Of a stretch of DNA of 53,844 nt, positions 28,340 through 37,715 are shown piece by piece. Numbering within the stretch: position 1 is the stretch's first letter; every line of letters begins with the position of its first letter. The translations under genes and the position numbers were made by a program. Below the pieces are notes generated by a model. That model saw nothing but the letters and a program-made list of their open reading frames with translations. It did not search any database and was not told where the DNA came from. Source of the stretch: PVC group bacterium. GTDB taxonomy: Bacteria > Verrucomicrobiota > Kiritimatiellia > PWTM01. The stretch is from contig PWTM01000251.1 in NCBI GenBank assembly GCA_003563855.1, positions 1-53,844 on the forward strand, in the 5' to 3' direction.

Positions 28340-29722
28340 TCAGACCTCCCGCCGCTGCCAGCGGCCGGTTTCGAACCAGGCGGTGACGAGCACCGCGTGT
28401 ACGGCGATGGCGAGGACCATGGCCCACCAGATGCCGTCGAGCCGCCCGTCGGGACCGCGCGAGGCGAACACGGCAAGCGGGAGCTGCACGCCCCAGAGGC
28501 TGATGACGGTGGCGACCATCGGCCAGAACGTGTCGCCCGCGCCCTGCAGACTGCGGCCGAGGATAATGGCGGGGGCGGCGAGCAGGTACGAAGGCGCGAC
28601 GATGCGCAGCAGCCGCACGCCGATGCGGATGACCTCGGGATCGTCGTTGAAGACGCCGATGACGGCCGGCGCATAGACGACGACGCCGAGCGCGGCCACG
28701 GCGATGAACGCCGCATCGTAGCCGGTCGCCAGCCAGGCGGCGCGGCGCGCGCGCCTGGGCCGGCCGGCCCCGAGGCACTGGCCGACGATCGTCGCCGACG
28801 CCGCGCCGAGCACGAAGGCGGGCATGAGGAAGACCATGAAGCAGCGCCAGGCCGTCCCGTAGGCGGCCACGGCCGCCGTGCCGAAACCGGCGACAAGCCG
28901 CATAAGGACCAGCGAGACGAGGCTGCGCGCGAGCATCTGGCCGGAGCCCGGAAGGCCGATGCGGACGATGCGCCCGAGCTGCCGGGCGTCCGGCCGCCAG
29001 AGGCGCGCGCGGAGCCGGACCCGCGCGCGGCGCCGGTGCAGGTGCGCCACTAGGCCGATCGCGGCTACGGCCTGGGCCAGCACGGTCGCCCACGCCGCGC
29101 CGCGCACGCCCAGCTCCGGGAACGGGCCGATGCCGAAGATCAGCAGCGGGTCCAGCCCTATGTTGAGCACGGCGGCCGTGGCCATGAAGGCCATCGGCCG
29201 GACCGTGTCGCCCGCCCCCTGAAGCGCCGCGTTCCCGACGAAGAGCAGGTTCATCGTGAAGCTGCCGGCCAGCAGGATGCGCAGGTAGTGCCCGCCCTCG
29301 TCCGCGACCTCGGGCGCGGCGTCGAGCAGGACCAGCACGCTGCGCGAGAAGACCGCGCCGATGCCGGCCGTGACCGCGCCCACGAGCAGGGCGAGCAGGA
29401 GCGACTGGCCGGCGACGCGGCCCGCTTCCCACGGGCGTCCGGCGCCGACCGAGCGGGCGACGAGCGCGATCGTCCCGGCGGAGAGCCCCATGATCGCGGG
29501 GAAGACCATCATCATCACGGCCCCGCCCATCGCGACGGCGGCCAGCGCGGCGGGTCCGAGCCGGCCCACCCAGAAGAGGTCGATCACGCTCTGCGCGTTC
29601 TGCAGCAGCGCGCTGACGAGCATCGGCCAGGCCAGCCCCAAGATGGCGGGCCCGAGGGGTCCGTCGATCAGCGGCCGGCCGGCCTCGGGCGACGGCCGGT
29701 CAGAGCTCGACGTAGAAGCCAA
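28340..29722 (-). CDS. MATE family efflux transporter
   Basis: 460 aa, 12 TM. N-terminus ILGLAWPMLVSALLQNAQSVIDLFWVGRLG is typical of MATE. Only an in-frame TTG start is available (29722), and it overlaps the serA 3' end by 23 nt. Confidence 0.88.
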   Translation of the reverse strand: MASTSSSDRPSPEAGRPLIDGPLGPAILGLAWPMLVSALLQNAQSVIDLFWVGRLGPAALAAVAMGGAVMMMVFPAIMGLSAGTIALVARSVGAGRPWEAGRVAGQSLLLALLVGAVTAGIGAVFSRSVLVLLDAAPEVADEGGHYLRILLAGSFTMNLLFVGNAALQGAGDTVRPMAFMATAAVLNIGLDPLLIFGIGPFPELGVRGAAWATVLAQAVAAIGLVAHLHRRRARVRLRARLWRPDARQLGRIVRIGLPGSGQMLARSLVSLVLMRLVAGFGTAAVAAYGTAWRCFMVFLMPAFVLGAASATIVGQCLGAGRPRRARRAAWLATGYDAAFIAVAALGVVVYAPAVIGVFNDDPEVIRIGVRLLRIVAPSYLLAAPAIILGRSLQGAGDTFWPMVATVISLWGVQLPLAVFASRGPDGRLDGIWWAMVLAIAVHAVLVTAWFETGRWQRREV

Positions 29723-31277
29723 TCTCGGCCTCGATCTCCCGCGCCGTCGCCTCGACCGTGGCGGCCGGGACCGGCTGGTTGACCTTGAAGATGGCGCAGG
29801 AGAACCGTCCCTGCGAATCGTGCGGGTTGCGCACGTCGTCGATGTTGATTCCCGCTTCGGCCATCGCGGCGCCGATCCGGCCGATCACCCCCGGCCGGTC
29901 GCGGTAGACGAAGGCGACGGTATGGCCCGTCGGCTCGAAGTAGAGTTTGTCGAAGTCGTTGATCCGCGCCACCATCAGGTTGCCCTCGGCCACGGTACCG
30001 CGCACGCTCGCGCGCCGGAGCTTCCCGCCGCCCAGCCCGGCGACGAGGTCGATCGTCAGCGAGTTGTGGAACCCCTTGTGCTCGTCCGTCTCGCGGTCGG
30101 TGTACTCGATACCCGCCTCGCGCAGGGCGCGGCGGGCCGCCGCGTGGTCCGAGGCGCGATCGAACGAGGGATCGAGCGCCGCGACGATGGGCACGAGCAG
30201 CCACTCGGCGTAGGGCTTGAGCGAGCCGTAGAAGCTGGTCTCCACCAGCTCGAGCTGGGCGCCGCGGCCCACCACCTGGCGGGCCAGCTTCGTGAGCGTG
30301 AAGGCCAGTTCGCCGAAGGCCGGATCGAGCCCCTCGGGGATGTCGCGGTTGACGACGTAGCTGGCGATGCCCATGTCGTCGTACTCGATGAGCTGCTCGG
30401 CGGCCCGGCGCGCGGCGTTCTCGTTGGCCTCGCGGGTGCTCGCGCCCAGGTGCGGCACCATCAGGTCGGCGATATCGGCCACCGATTTCGGCCCCGCCGC
30501 ATCCTTCGGATAGACGTCGTTGAGAAAGCGCAGTGACTTCGCGGCCCGGGCCTCGCGCAGCGCCGCCTCGTCCACGATGCCCGCGCGCGCGCAGTTGACC
30601 AGCGTGGCGCCGGGCTTCATCCGGCCGAGCAGCTCGGCGCCGACCAGGCCGCGCGTCTCCTCGGTCTCGGGCAGGTGGAGCGTGACGAAATCGCTCTCGG
30701 CGAAGAGCGTCGGGAGATCGACCATGCGCACGCTCCACGCCTCGGCGCGGTCCTCGGCGACGAACGGGTCGTGGCCCAGCAGCGTGACCTCGAACCCCGC
30801 GAGACGGCGGGCGACCAGGCGGCCGATGGCGCCGAGCCCGAGGATGCCGACGGTCTTCCCGGCCAGCTCGCGCCCCATGAAGGCGCTCTTCTCCCAGCGG
30901 CCGGCCCGGCAGGAGGCGTCGGCCTTCACGAGGTGCCGCGCGTCGGCCAGCATCAGGGCGACGACTTCCTCGGCCACCGCATTGGCGTTCGCCCCGGGCG
31001 TGTTCATCACGTCGATGCCCCGCCGCCGCGCGTGGCGCGTATCGATCGTGTTCACGCCGGCGCCGGCGCGGAGCACCACCTTGAGCGCCGGCAGCGCATC
31101 GAGGACTTCCGCGGTAATCGGCTCGCTGCGCACGATCAGGGCATAGGCGTCCGGATGCGCGGCGGCGAGGGCGGGCAGCCCGGTGTCCGCATCCTGGACG
31201 ACCGTGTAGCCGCCGTGCGCCTCGAGCAGCGTCCGCGCGACGGCATCGAGCTTCGTGGGGATCAGCACCTTCCGCAT
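29700..31277 (-). CDS. serA: D-3-phosphoglycerate dehydrogenase (long form with ASB and ACT domains)
   Basis: 525 aa from MRKVLIPTKLD. NAD-binding GILGLGAIGRLVA, catalytic HLGAST, and a C-terminal ACT-like domain (VFVYRDRPGVIGRIGAAMAEAGINI). Confidence 0.92.
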   Translation of the reverse strand: MRKVLIPTKLDAVARTLLEAHGGYTVVQDADTGLPALAAAHPDAYALIVRSEPITAEVLDALPALKVVLRAGAGVNTIDTRHARRRGIDVMNTPGANANAVAEEVVALMLADARHLVKADASCRAGRWEKSAFMGRELAGKTVGILGLGAIGRLVARRLAGFEVTLLGHDPFVAEDRAEAWSVRMVDLPTLFAESDFVTLHLPETEETRGLVGAELLGRMKPGATLVNCARAGIVDEAALREARAAKSLRFLNDVYPKDAAGPKSVADIADLMVPHLGASTREANENAARRAAEQLIEYDDMGIASYVVNRDIPEGLDPAFGELAFTLTKLARQVVGRGAQLELVETSFYGSLKPYAEWLLVPIVAALDPSFDRASDHAAARRALREAGIEYTDRETDEHKGFHNSLTIDLVAGLGGGKLRRASVRGTVAEGNLMVARINDFDKLYFEPTGHTVAFVYRDRPGVIGRIGAAMAEAGINIDDVRNPHDSQGRFSCAIFKVNQPVPAATVEATAREIEAEIGFYVEL

Positions 31278-31279
31278 CG

Positions 31280-32980
31280 TCAGACCTCGGGATCGAGCGC
31301 CTCGATCCTGGCGCCCAGCGCGTAGTCGCGGTTCATCCGCGCGCGCGGGAGCATCCCGTCGATGAACCGGGCGGCGACCTTGCGCTTGTAGTCCCAGCGT
31401 TCCGCCTGCCGCAGCAGCAGGTAGGCGGCATAGACGTCGACGAACAGGTCGGTCGCGTGGGCGGCCACCAGCTCCCGGTAGGCGGCGTCCTTCTCCTTCA
31501 GAAACGCCAGCGTTTCGGTCAGCAGCGCGCGGGCCTCGCCGACGCGCGTCCGCAGGGCGGCGAGCTCCTCGTCCGGCGCCTCGCGCGCGGCCTCGGTCTC
31601 GATCAGCGCGTCGAGGTCGCCCCGGACGAGCCGCGGGACCGCCCAGTTGACCTGGATCTGCGAGGTGCCCTCGTAGATATTCGTGATCCGCACGTCGCGG
31701 TAGAGGCGCTCGACCGGGTAATCCTTCATGAACCCGTTGCCGCCGTGGATCTGGATGCTGTCGTAGCAGACGCGGTTGGCGACCTCGGTCGTGAAGTATT
31801 TCGCGATCGGCGTGAGGGCTTCGGCGACCCGCCCGTAGCGGCGCGTCTCCTCGCGCAGGCCGCGGGCCTCGGCGCCCTGGTGCAGGTCGACAATCTCGCT
31901 GGTGGCGTAGAGCAGCGCGCGGGCGGCCTCCGTCTGGACGCGCATGTTGGCCAGCATCGCGGCGACCTGCGGGAACTCGCGGATCGGGCGGCCGAACTGC
32001 TCGCGCTCGCGCGCGTAGCGCTCGGCCTCGAGCAGCGCGGCCTGCGCGATGCCCTGGGCCTGCGCGCCGATCGCCAGCCGGGCGGCGAGCATCAGCCAGG
32101 CCGTGTACCGGGCCAGCCCCATGCCGCGGGTTCCGATCAGCCAGGCCGGGCACTCGTCGAAGACCAGCTCGCAGGTGGGCGAGCCGTGGATGCCGAGCTT
32201 GTTCTCGATGCGGCGCACGCGCACCCGGTCGCATTTCTCGACGAGGAAGAAGCTCAGCCCGCGGCCGCCGCCTTTCTTCGCGGGGTCCTCGCTGCGGGCC
32301 AGGACGAGGATCACGTCGCCGCACCCGTTCGTGATGAAGCGCTTCGCGCCGCTGATCGTCCAAGCGCCGGTCACGGGGTCGGGCTTCGCGGCGAGCCCGC
32401 CCTGCGCGCGGGTCTGCACGGCGGCCAGGTCGCTGCCGGCGTCGGGCTCCGTCAGCGCCATGGCGCCCGTGAACTCGCCCGTGCTCATGCGCGGCAGGTA
32501 CTGCGCCTTCAGCTCGTCGGTGGCGAAGTGCGCGATCGTCGCCGCGATCCCGCCCTGGAGGCCGAAGAAGTTCATCAGCGAGGCGTCGGCCTGCGAGACG
32601 ATCTCGATCGCCGCCGTATAGACCGTCTCGGGGAACCCGAGCCCGCCGTACTCGCGCGGCGTGGTCATGCCCATCAACTGCGCGTCGCGCAGGTCCTTGA
32701 GGTTGCGCTCGAGGCCCTCGGGGAAGACGACCGTGCCGTTCTCGAAGCGGCAGCCGATCGTGTCGACCTCCTCGGCGCGCGGGGCGAACCGGTTGGCCGC
32801 GATCTCGCCGACCGGGTCTTCGAGCAGCCCGAGGTAGGCGGCCTTGGCCTCCTCGGCGTCTTCGAACGGGCAGTCCTCCGCGCCCGGCTGCTCCTTGAGC
32901 GCGACGATGGCCGGCCAGTCGAGCATCGATTCCATGATGAACTTCAGGTCGCGGTTCTCGGTGTAGAAATTGGCGGGCAT
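31280..32980 (-). CDS. Acyl-CoA dehydrogenase (long, ~566 aa form)
   Basis: Start at MPANFYTEN (ATG 32980, GGAGAAG RBS). ACAD motifs (ALTEPDAGSD, GGNGFMKDYPVERLYRD). Stop lies 2 nt before the serA ATG. Confidence 0.92.
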   Translation of the reverse strand: MPANFYTENRDLKFIMESMLDWPAIVALKEQPGAEDCPFEDAEEAKAAYLGLLEDPVGEIAANRFAPRAEEVDTIGCRFENGTVVFPEGLERNLKDLRDAQLMGMTTPREYGGLGFPETVYTAAIEIVSQADASLMNFFGLQGGIAATIAHFATDELKAQYLPRMSTGEFTGAMALTEPDAGSDLAAVQTRAQGGLAAKPDPVTGAWTISGAKRFITNGCGDVILVLARSEDPAKKGGGRGLSFFLVEKCDRVRVRRIENKLGIHGSPTCELVFDECPAWLIGTRGMGLARYTAWLMLAARLAIGAQAQGIAQAALLEAERYAREREQFGRPIREFPQVAAMLANMRVQTEAARALLYATSEIVDLHQGAEARGLREETRRYGRVAEALTPIAKYFTTEVANRVCYDSIQIHGGNGFMKDYPVERLYRDVRITNIYEGTSQIQVNWAVPRLVRGDLDALIETEAAREAPDEELAALRTRVGEARALLTETLAFLKEKDAAYRELVAAHATDLFVDVYAAYLLLRQAERWDYKRKVAARFIDGMLPRARMNRDYALGARIEALDPEV

Positions 32981-33000
32981 GTTGCTTCTCCTTCGGGGTT

Positions 33001-33471
33001 TCAGTCCTTCGGCAGGCGTTTTGAGAACTCGAACGGCCGGGCTGCGCCAAGCCGGATGCGGGTGAAATCGGGATGCGCCGGATTGAGCAGGTAGTTGCGC
33101 TCGTCCGGCGAAAGGGCGCTCGGCACGCTCAGTACCGCGGTCCGTCCCTCCCGGACCCATGCGTCGCCCAGGTCCCGGGTCGCATTGATCGGCACGTCGT
33201 CGTTCCATCCGGCCGGAAGCTGCGCCTTGCCCAGGGTTTCGCAGAGCGCCTCGTCGAAACGCGCGGTCCGGAAACAGTACCGGCGGGACAGGATGTCACG
33301 CGATTCCAGGTGCACCAGCATCTCCAGGATGGCGAGCGAGAGGGTTGCGCTCGAATAGACCATGCGCGTGCCTTTCGCGTTCCAGCGGCCGCCGAAAAGC
33401 CGGGCGCCCTCCCCGTCGAAGCCCGCGTCCGCCTGCTCCTGCCGTACGATGCGAAAGGCGCATACGGTCAC
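33001..33471 (-). CDS. RES-domain toxin (RES-Xre type II TA; NAD+-targeting family)
   Basis: 156 aa from a GTG that overlaps the antitoxin stop (GTGA). RES signature order R (GGRWN), E (LAILEMLVH), S (AVLSVPSAL). Confidence 0.85.
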   Translation of the reverse strand: MTVCAFRIVRQEQADAGFDGEGARLFGGRWNAKGTRMVYSSATLSLAILEMLVHLESRDILSRRYCFRTARFDEALCETLGKAQLPAGWNDDVPINATRDLGDAWVREGRTAVLSVPSALSPDERNYLLNPAHPDFTRIRLGAARPFEFSKRLPKD

Positions 33472-34016
33472 GCATAGACCCCGTGCTCGATGCGCCCCAG
33501 GAGGTCTTCCACCTCCCGCGCGCCCACCTCGGATTCGCAGAACTCCAGCGGACTCCTGCCGCCCAGCGCCCGCTTGGGCGCCGCGAACCAGCGGCGCGCC
33601 TCGTCCCGGTCGCCCAGAACCTCGAGCGTCTTGTGAAACAGGGCGCTGACCCGGAAGAGCCGCTCCGACTCGGCGGCGCGCAGCGTCCGCCGCCGGGCGA
33701 GCGTGCGCGGCGAAATGTCGAGCAGGCGGGACATCGATTGGCGATTGACCCCGATCAGGTCCGTAACCTTCCGGATGCTGTGGGTCGGCAACCCGCGGTC
33801 GAGGCCTTCGACCACGGTGCGAAGGCTGGCACGGTCCATCGAGCGGAAGAGCCGTCGCTCCCCGACGAGATTGGCATAGGTGGACACCAGGCTGCGGGGC
33901 GGGCGCTCCGGATCCTCCAGCGCGAACCAGCACGCGCGGAGCGACCGCTGCGGGATCTCGGACCAATCCTTCACGAACCCCACCCGTACCGAGGAGTCTG
34001 CGGCATGCGTTGTCAT
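33468..34016 (-). CDS. Xre-type antitoxin with C-terminal DUF2384-like domain
   Basis: 182 aa. HTH segment (IRKVTDLIGVNRQSMSRLL) and a C-terminal RWFAAPKRALGGRSPLEF...EVEDLLGRIEHGV, typical of RES-neutralising antitoxins. An internal start (MDRASL) cannot be excluded. Confidence 0.8.
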   Translation of the reverse strand: MTTHAADSSVRVGFVKDWSEIPQRSLRACWFALEDPERPPRSLVSTYANLVGERRLFRSMDRASLRTVVEGLDRGLPTHSIRKVTDLIGVNRQSMSRLLDISPRTLARRRTLRAAESERLFRVSALFHKTLEVLGDRDEARRWFAAPKRALGGRSPLEFCESEVGAREVEDLLGRIEHGVYA

Positions 34017-34023
34017 ATGGCAG

Positions 34024-34053
34024 AACCTAGCATGACAGACGGCCCCTGGTCAA
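34024..34053 (-). promoter_or_regulatory. Possible internal promoter for the TA pair: TTGACC-N18-TAGGTT, 7 nt before the ATG (leaderless?)
   Basis: Minus-strand read TTGACC aggggccgtctgtcatgc TAGGTT ctgccat ATG. Confidence 0.4.
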
Positions 34054-34081
34054 GCGGCACGGAAGCCGGCGCCGGAACGGC

Positions 34082-35050
34082 TCAGGCGGAGAGCAGTTGC
34101 GTCAGCTTGGGCACGACGGTCCGCAGGTCGCCGACCAGCTTGTAGTGGGCGACGCGGAAGATCGGCGCGTTGGCGTCCGTGTTGATGGCCACGATCGTAC
34201 CCGCGTCCATCATCCCGACGCGGTGCTGGACCGCGCCGCTGATGCCGCAGGCGATGTAGAGGTCGGGCCGGACCGTCGCGCCGGTCTGCCCGATCTGGTG
34301 GTCGGCCGGCAACCAGCCGGCGTCGACGACGGCGCGCGTGGCGCCCAGCTCGGCGCCGAGCGCCTCGGCGAGCGCGCGCACGAGGGCGAGCCCCTCGGCG
34401 CTGCCGACGCCGGCGCCGACGGCGACGATCGTCTTCGCGTCCTTGAGGTTGACCGTCCGCTTCGCCACGTCGCGACGCAGCACGCGGGCGCTGCCGGGCG
34501 CCGGAGCCGGCTCGAGCGCCAGCGGCTCGGGCGCGCCCGTCCGGGCGGGGTCGGGAGCCGGCGCCGCAAAGGCGCCGTCGCGCAACGTGGCCACGACGGG
34601 GCCGTCGGCGGCCGGGGCGAAGTGCGTCAGGACCTTGCGGTCGAACCCGGCGCGGCTCAAGCGCGGTCCGCCCTCGCCGGCCGCCGCCGCGTCGGCGTCG
34701 AGCACGCAGGCGGCGCCGAGCGCGGCGGCCGTTGCGCTGGCCAGGTCGTTGCCGACGGTCGAGGCCGGCAGCAGCACGAGCCCGGCATCGGCGGCGCGGA
34801 CCGCCGCCTCGAGCGCCTGCCGGAACGGTCCGGCCGTGTAGGCGGCCAGCGCGGCGTCCTCGCAGAGGAGCACGCGGTCCGCCCCGGCGGCGAAGAGGGC
34901 CGGCGCCTGGTCCGCGACCGCGGCGCCCGCGAGCAGCGCGCAGACCTGCCCGCCCTCGCCGGCCAGCGCGCGCGCCGCGCCGAGGCAGGCCAGGCTGCCG
35001 TCGTGCAGCGCCCCGTCGTCCACTTCCGCAAATACGAGTACGTGGGCCAT
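34082..35050 (-). CDS. etfA: Electron transfer flavoprotein alpha subunit
   Basis: 322 aa. C-terminal FAD-binding motif ([15 protein letters not shown]). Confidence 0.93.
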   Translation of the reverse strand: MAHVLVFAEVDDGALHDGSLACLGAARALAGEGGQVCALLAGAAVADQAPALFAAGADRVLLCEDAALAAYTAGPFRQALEAAVRAADAGLVLLPASTVGNDLASATAAALGAACVLDADAAAAGEGGPRLSRAGFDRKVLTHFAPAADGPVVATLRDGAFAAPAPDPARTGAPEPLALEPAPAPGSARVLRRDVAKRTVNLKDAKTIVAVGAGVGSAEGLALVRALAEALGAELGATRAVVDAGWLPADHQIGQTGATVRPDLYIACGISGAVQHRVGMMDAGTIVAINTDANAPIFRVAHYKLVGDLRTVVPKLTQLLSA

Positions 35051-35053
35051 CGG

Positions 35054-35851
35054 TCAGTCCCCCTTTCGAACGGCGTCGAGCATCGCCTTGAGTGCCGCGC
35101 TGTCCTCGACGTCCACCTCGCGCGAGGCGATCGCGCGCGGCGGGATCGTCTCCATGCCGGCGATGCGCGTGCGCACCGCCGCGGCCGGGTCGGCCGCGCC
35201 CGCCGCCTCCGGCGTCAGCGTCGGGATCTCGGCCTTCTTCATCTTGAGCTTCAGCATCGCCTTGGCGCTGCGCGGCGTGCGCGGGTCGTCCTCGAGCAGC
35301 GCGACGCCCATCGCGAGCACGGCCGGGCAGCGGACCTCGACGAATTCGTACCCCATCTCGACCGCCCGCTTGGCCACGGCGCGGCCGTCGCCGAATTCCT
35401 CGATCGCATCGACCCAGCTCACGCCCTCGACCCCGAGCGCGGCCGCGAGGTGCGCGCCCAGCAGCGCGTTCTCGTTGTCGGTCACCGCCGTTCCCGTCAG
35501 GACGAGGTCCGCGCCGCCCGCCTGCCGGATGGCGCCCGCGGCCAGCGCGGCCAGCGCGGCGTCGTCGAGCGCCGCGGGATCGGCCTCGACGCGGAGCGCG
35601 GCGTCGACGCCGCGGTAGAGCGCCTCGCGCAGGACATCGACGTCGCGCGGCGGGCCGACCGAGACGGCCGTGACCTTCGCCCCGTGCGCGTCCTTGAGCC
35701 GCAGCGCGGCCTCGAGCGCGTTCAGGTCCTCCGGCTCGAACCGCGTGGCCAGCGCCCCCGGCTTGAGCGCGCCGGACTCGTCCAGCGGGCTCGAGACCAG
35801 GTCGCGCGTGTCCCAGACCTCGCGCACCACCACCATCACGTTGCCTGCCAT
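35054..35851 (-). CDS. etfB: Electron transfer flavoprotein beta subunit
   Basis: 265 aa with the EtfB fold pattern (VVVREVWD...DLNALEAALRLK). Lies 3 nt upstream of etfA. Confidence 0.92.
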   Translation of the reverse strand: MAGNVMVVVREVWDTRDLVSSPLDESGALKPGALATRFEPEDLNALEAALRLKDAHGAKVTAVSVGPPRDVDVLREALYRGVDAALRVEADPAALDDAALAALAAGAIRQAGGADLVLTGTAVTDNENALLGAHLAAALGVEGVSWVDAIEEFGDGRAVAKRAVEMGYEFVEVRCPAVLAMGVALLEDDPRTPRSAKAMLKLKMKKAEIPTLTPEAAGAADPAAAVRTRIAGMETIPPRAIASREVDVEDSAALKAMLDAVRKGD

Positions 35852-35876
35852 GCCTCGCTCCTCCCCTTCCTGCCGC

Positions 35877-36179
35877 TCAACCGAAGCGGTACTTCACGCC
35901 CCGCCCGCCTTCCGGGTACTTCCACTCGATCCCGTCGAACGGGCATGCCTTGCGGCAGGTGCCGCACTCGAGGCAGTTCTCGTGCGAGACCGCCACCTTC
36001 TTCGGATCGTTCGGGTCCGCCTTGTAGACCTCCGCCGGGCAGACGACGAGGCAGACCCGGTCCTTGCAGGTCGCGCAAACGGCCTGGTCGACCACGATGT
36101 GCGGGTGGGCCGCGTCCGGCTCGTACTTCGTGCGGTAGAGCTTGTCGGCCAGCGTCATCTTCTCGGGTGCGTCCGTCAT
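35877..36179 (-). CDS. fixX: FixX-type ferredoxin-like protein
   Basis: 100 aa from MTDAPEKM. Cys clusters CATCKDRVCLVVCP and CLECGTCRKACP. Confidence 0.85.
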   Translation of the reverse strand: MTDAPEKMTLADKLYRTKYEPDAAHPHIVVDQAVCATCKDRVCLVVCPAEVYKADPNDPKKVAVSHENCLECGTCRKACPFDGIEWKYPEGGRGVKYRFG

Positions 36180-36202
36180 CGTCTTCCCTTCCGCCGGGCC
36201 GC

Positions 36203-37531
36203 TCAGGCCAGGTGCCGCGCGCGGACCGCGTCGCGCAGGAACCGCCACTTGGGCAGGCCGCGCAGGAACGCGCGGATCGCCTCGCGCTGCGTCTTCGACT
36301 TGGTGCGCTCCGACACGGTGAAGAAGTCCGTCAGCAGCCGGTTCACCTTGCGCGGGTAGAGACCGAGCAGGTCCGGCGAGCGTTCGAGCACGACGGGGAC
36401 CTTGCGGTACTTCTTGAGGTCCTTCATCACGATGCCGCCGCGCAGCTTCTCGGCGTAGCCGGCCAGCACGGCCGCGGAGGCGTCCTTCCGCCCGTGCGCC
36501 TCGACCGCGGTCTCGCCGGCCAGCCGGCCCGACTCCATCGCGTGGTTCGTGCCTTCCTTGTAGAGCGACATATTGACCAGCCCGGCCGCGTCGCCGGCGA
36601 TCATGACCCCGTGGCCCGACACGTCGCCGACCGCGTCATAGCCGCCCTCCGGGATCATGTGGGCCGAGTACTCCAGCAGCTCCGCGCCCTGGATGCGGCG
36701 CCGGACGAGCGGGTGCGCCTTGAGCCGTTCGAGCACGTCGTTCGGGCTGAGCCCCGCCTTCGTCAGCGAACCGATCCGGGCGGCAAATCCGAGGTGGAGC
36801 GACTCGCGCGCCGTGTAGAGGAAGCCGCCGCCAATGAGCCCGTCGAATGGGGCGCCGAAGAAGTCGATCGCCGCGCCCTGGCCGTCCTCGAGGTCGAACC
36901 GGTCCTCGATCCGCTCCTTGGGAAGGCTAAGGATCTCCTTCGCACCGATGGCGAAGTCCTGCTCAACCCGTCCGCCGCGCAGCTTCAGCGCCGCCCGGGC
37001 GCGCTCGGTGACGAGGCAGTTCGCCCCGTCGGCGAGGATGACCGTGTCGGCGTAAAAGACCTCGTCGCCGGCGATGCGCACCCCGCAGACCTTCGTCTCG
37101 CCGCCGGAGGTCTCGGTGACGAGATCCTCGACGACCATACCCTCGATCAGGTTCACCCCGGCCTCCTCGGCCTGCGCGGCATACCAGCGGTCGAAGGCCG
37201 AGCGGTGGACGATGAAGGTGTGGTTGAAGGGGGGGCGGGCCCAGGCCTCGGCGCCGAAATCCAGCGCCATGTGCTCCTCCGGGGCGAGGAAGACCAGCGA
37301 GCGGCGGGCGACGCATCGCTCGATCGGCGCCTTCTCGTAGAAGCCGGGCATCAGCCGCTCGAGCACGGTGCCGTAGAGCAGGCCGCCGACGTTCTTCGCG
37401 CCGGCGTACTCGCCGCGCTCGACGAGCATGACCTCGAGCCCGGCGCGGGCCATGGTCAGCGCAGCCGTGAGCCCGGCGGGCCCCCCGCCGACCACGATCG
37501 CATCCATCTTTACGCTGTCGTCCGACGCCAT
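36203..37531 (-). CDS. fixC: FixC / ETF-quinone oxidoreductase-like FAD-dependent oxidoreductase
   Basis: 442 aa. N-terminal DAIVVGGGPAGLTAA dinucleotide-binding motif. Synteny with fixX-etfBA. Confidence 0.9.
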   Translation of the reverse strand: MASDDSVKMDAIVVGGGPAGLTAALTMARAGLEVMLVERGEYAGAKNVGGLLYGTVLERLMPGFYEKAPIERCVARRSLVFLAPEEHMALDFGAEAWARPPFNHTFIVHRSAFDRWYAAQAEEAGVNLIEGMVVEDLVTETSGGETKVCGVRIAGDEVFYADTVILADGANCLVTERARAALKLRGGRVEQDFAIGAKEILSLPKERIEDRFDLEDGQGAAIDFFGAPFDGLIGGGFLYTARESLHLGFAARIGSLTKAGLSPNDVLERLKAHPLVRRRIQGAELLEYSAHMIPEGGYDAVGDVSGHGVMIAGDAAGLVNMSLYKEGTNHAMESGRLAGETAVEAHGRKDASAAVLAGYAEKLRGGIVMKDLKKYRKVPVVLERSPDLLGLYPRKVNRLLTDFFTVSERTKSKTQREAIRAFLRGLPKWRFLRDAVRARHLA

Positions 37532-37567
37532 AGTCCGTCCGCCTGCTCCCCGCCGTGGAAAGCGCGA

Positions 37568-37598
37568 AGTATAGGCGTCGGCAGGGTCCGGGTGTCAA
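37568..37598 (-). promoter_or_regulatory. Possible promoter of fixC operon: TTGACA-N19-TATACT
   Basis: Minus-strand read TTGACA cccggaccctgccgacgcc TATACT, 37 nt upstream of the fixC ATG. The spacer is long. Confidence 0.4.
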
Positions 37599-37651
37599 GC
37601 GCGGGATGCGCACCCGCGGCTTGTCTTTGCGAGGCGGCACGCTGTATTTCT

Positions 37652-37680
37652 TTGTCATGTCCGTGCGGGGCTACAAGAAT
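37652..37680 (+). promoter_or_regulatory. Possible promoter of rimK-like operon: TTGTCA-N17-AAGAAT
   Basis: TTGTCA tgtccgtgcggggctac AAGAAT, divergent from the fixC promoter. Confidence 0.4.
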
Positions 37681-37715
37681 ATGCCGGCTTGAGCGGCGGA
37701 GGGCGGGAACGGCCG

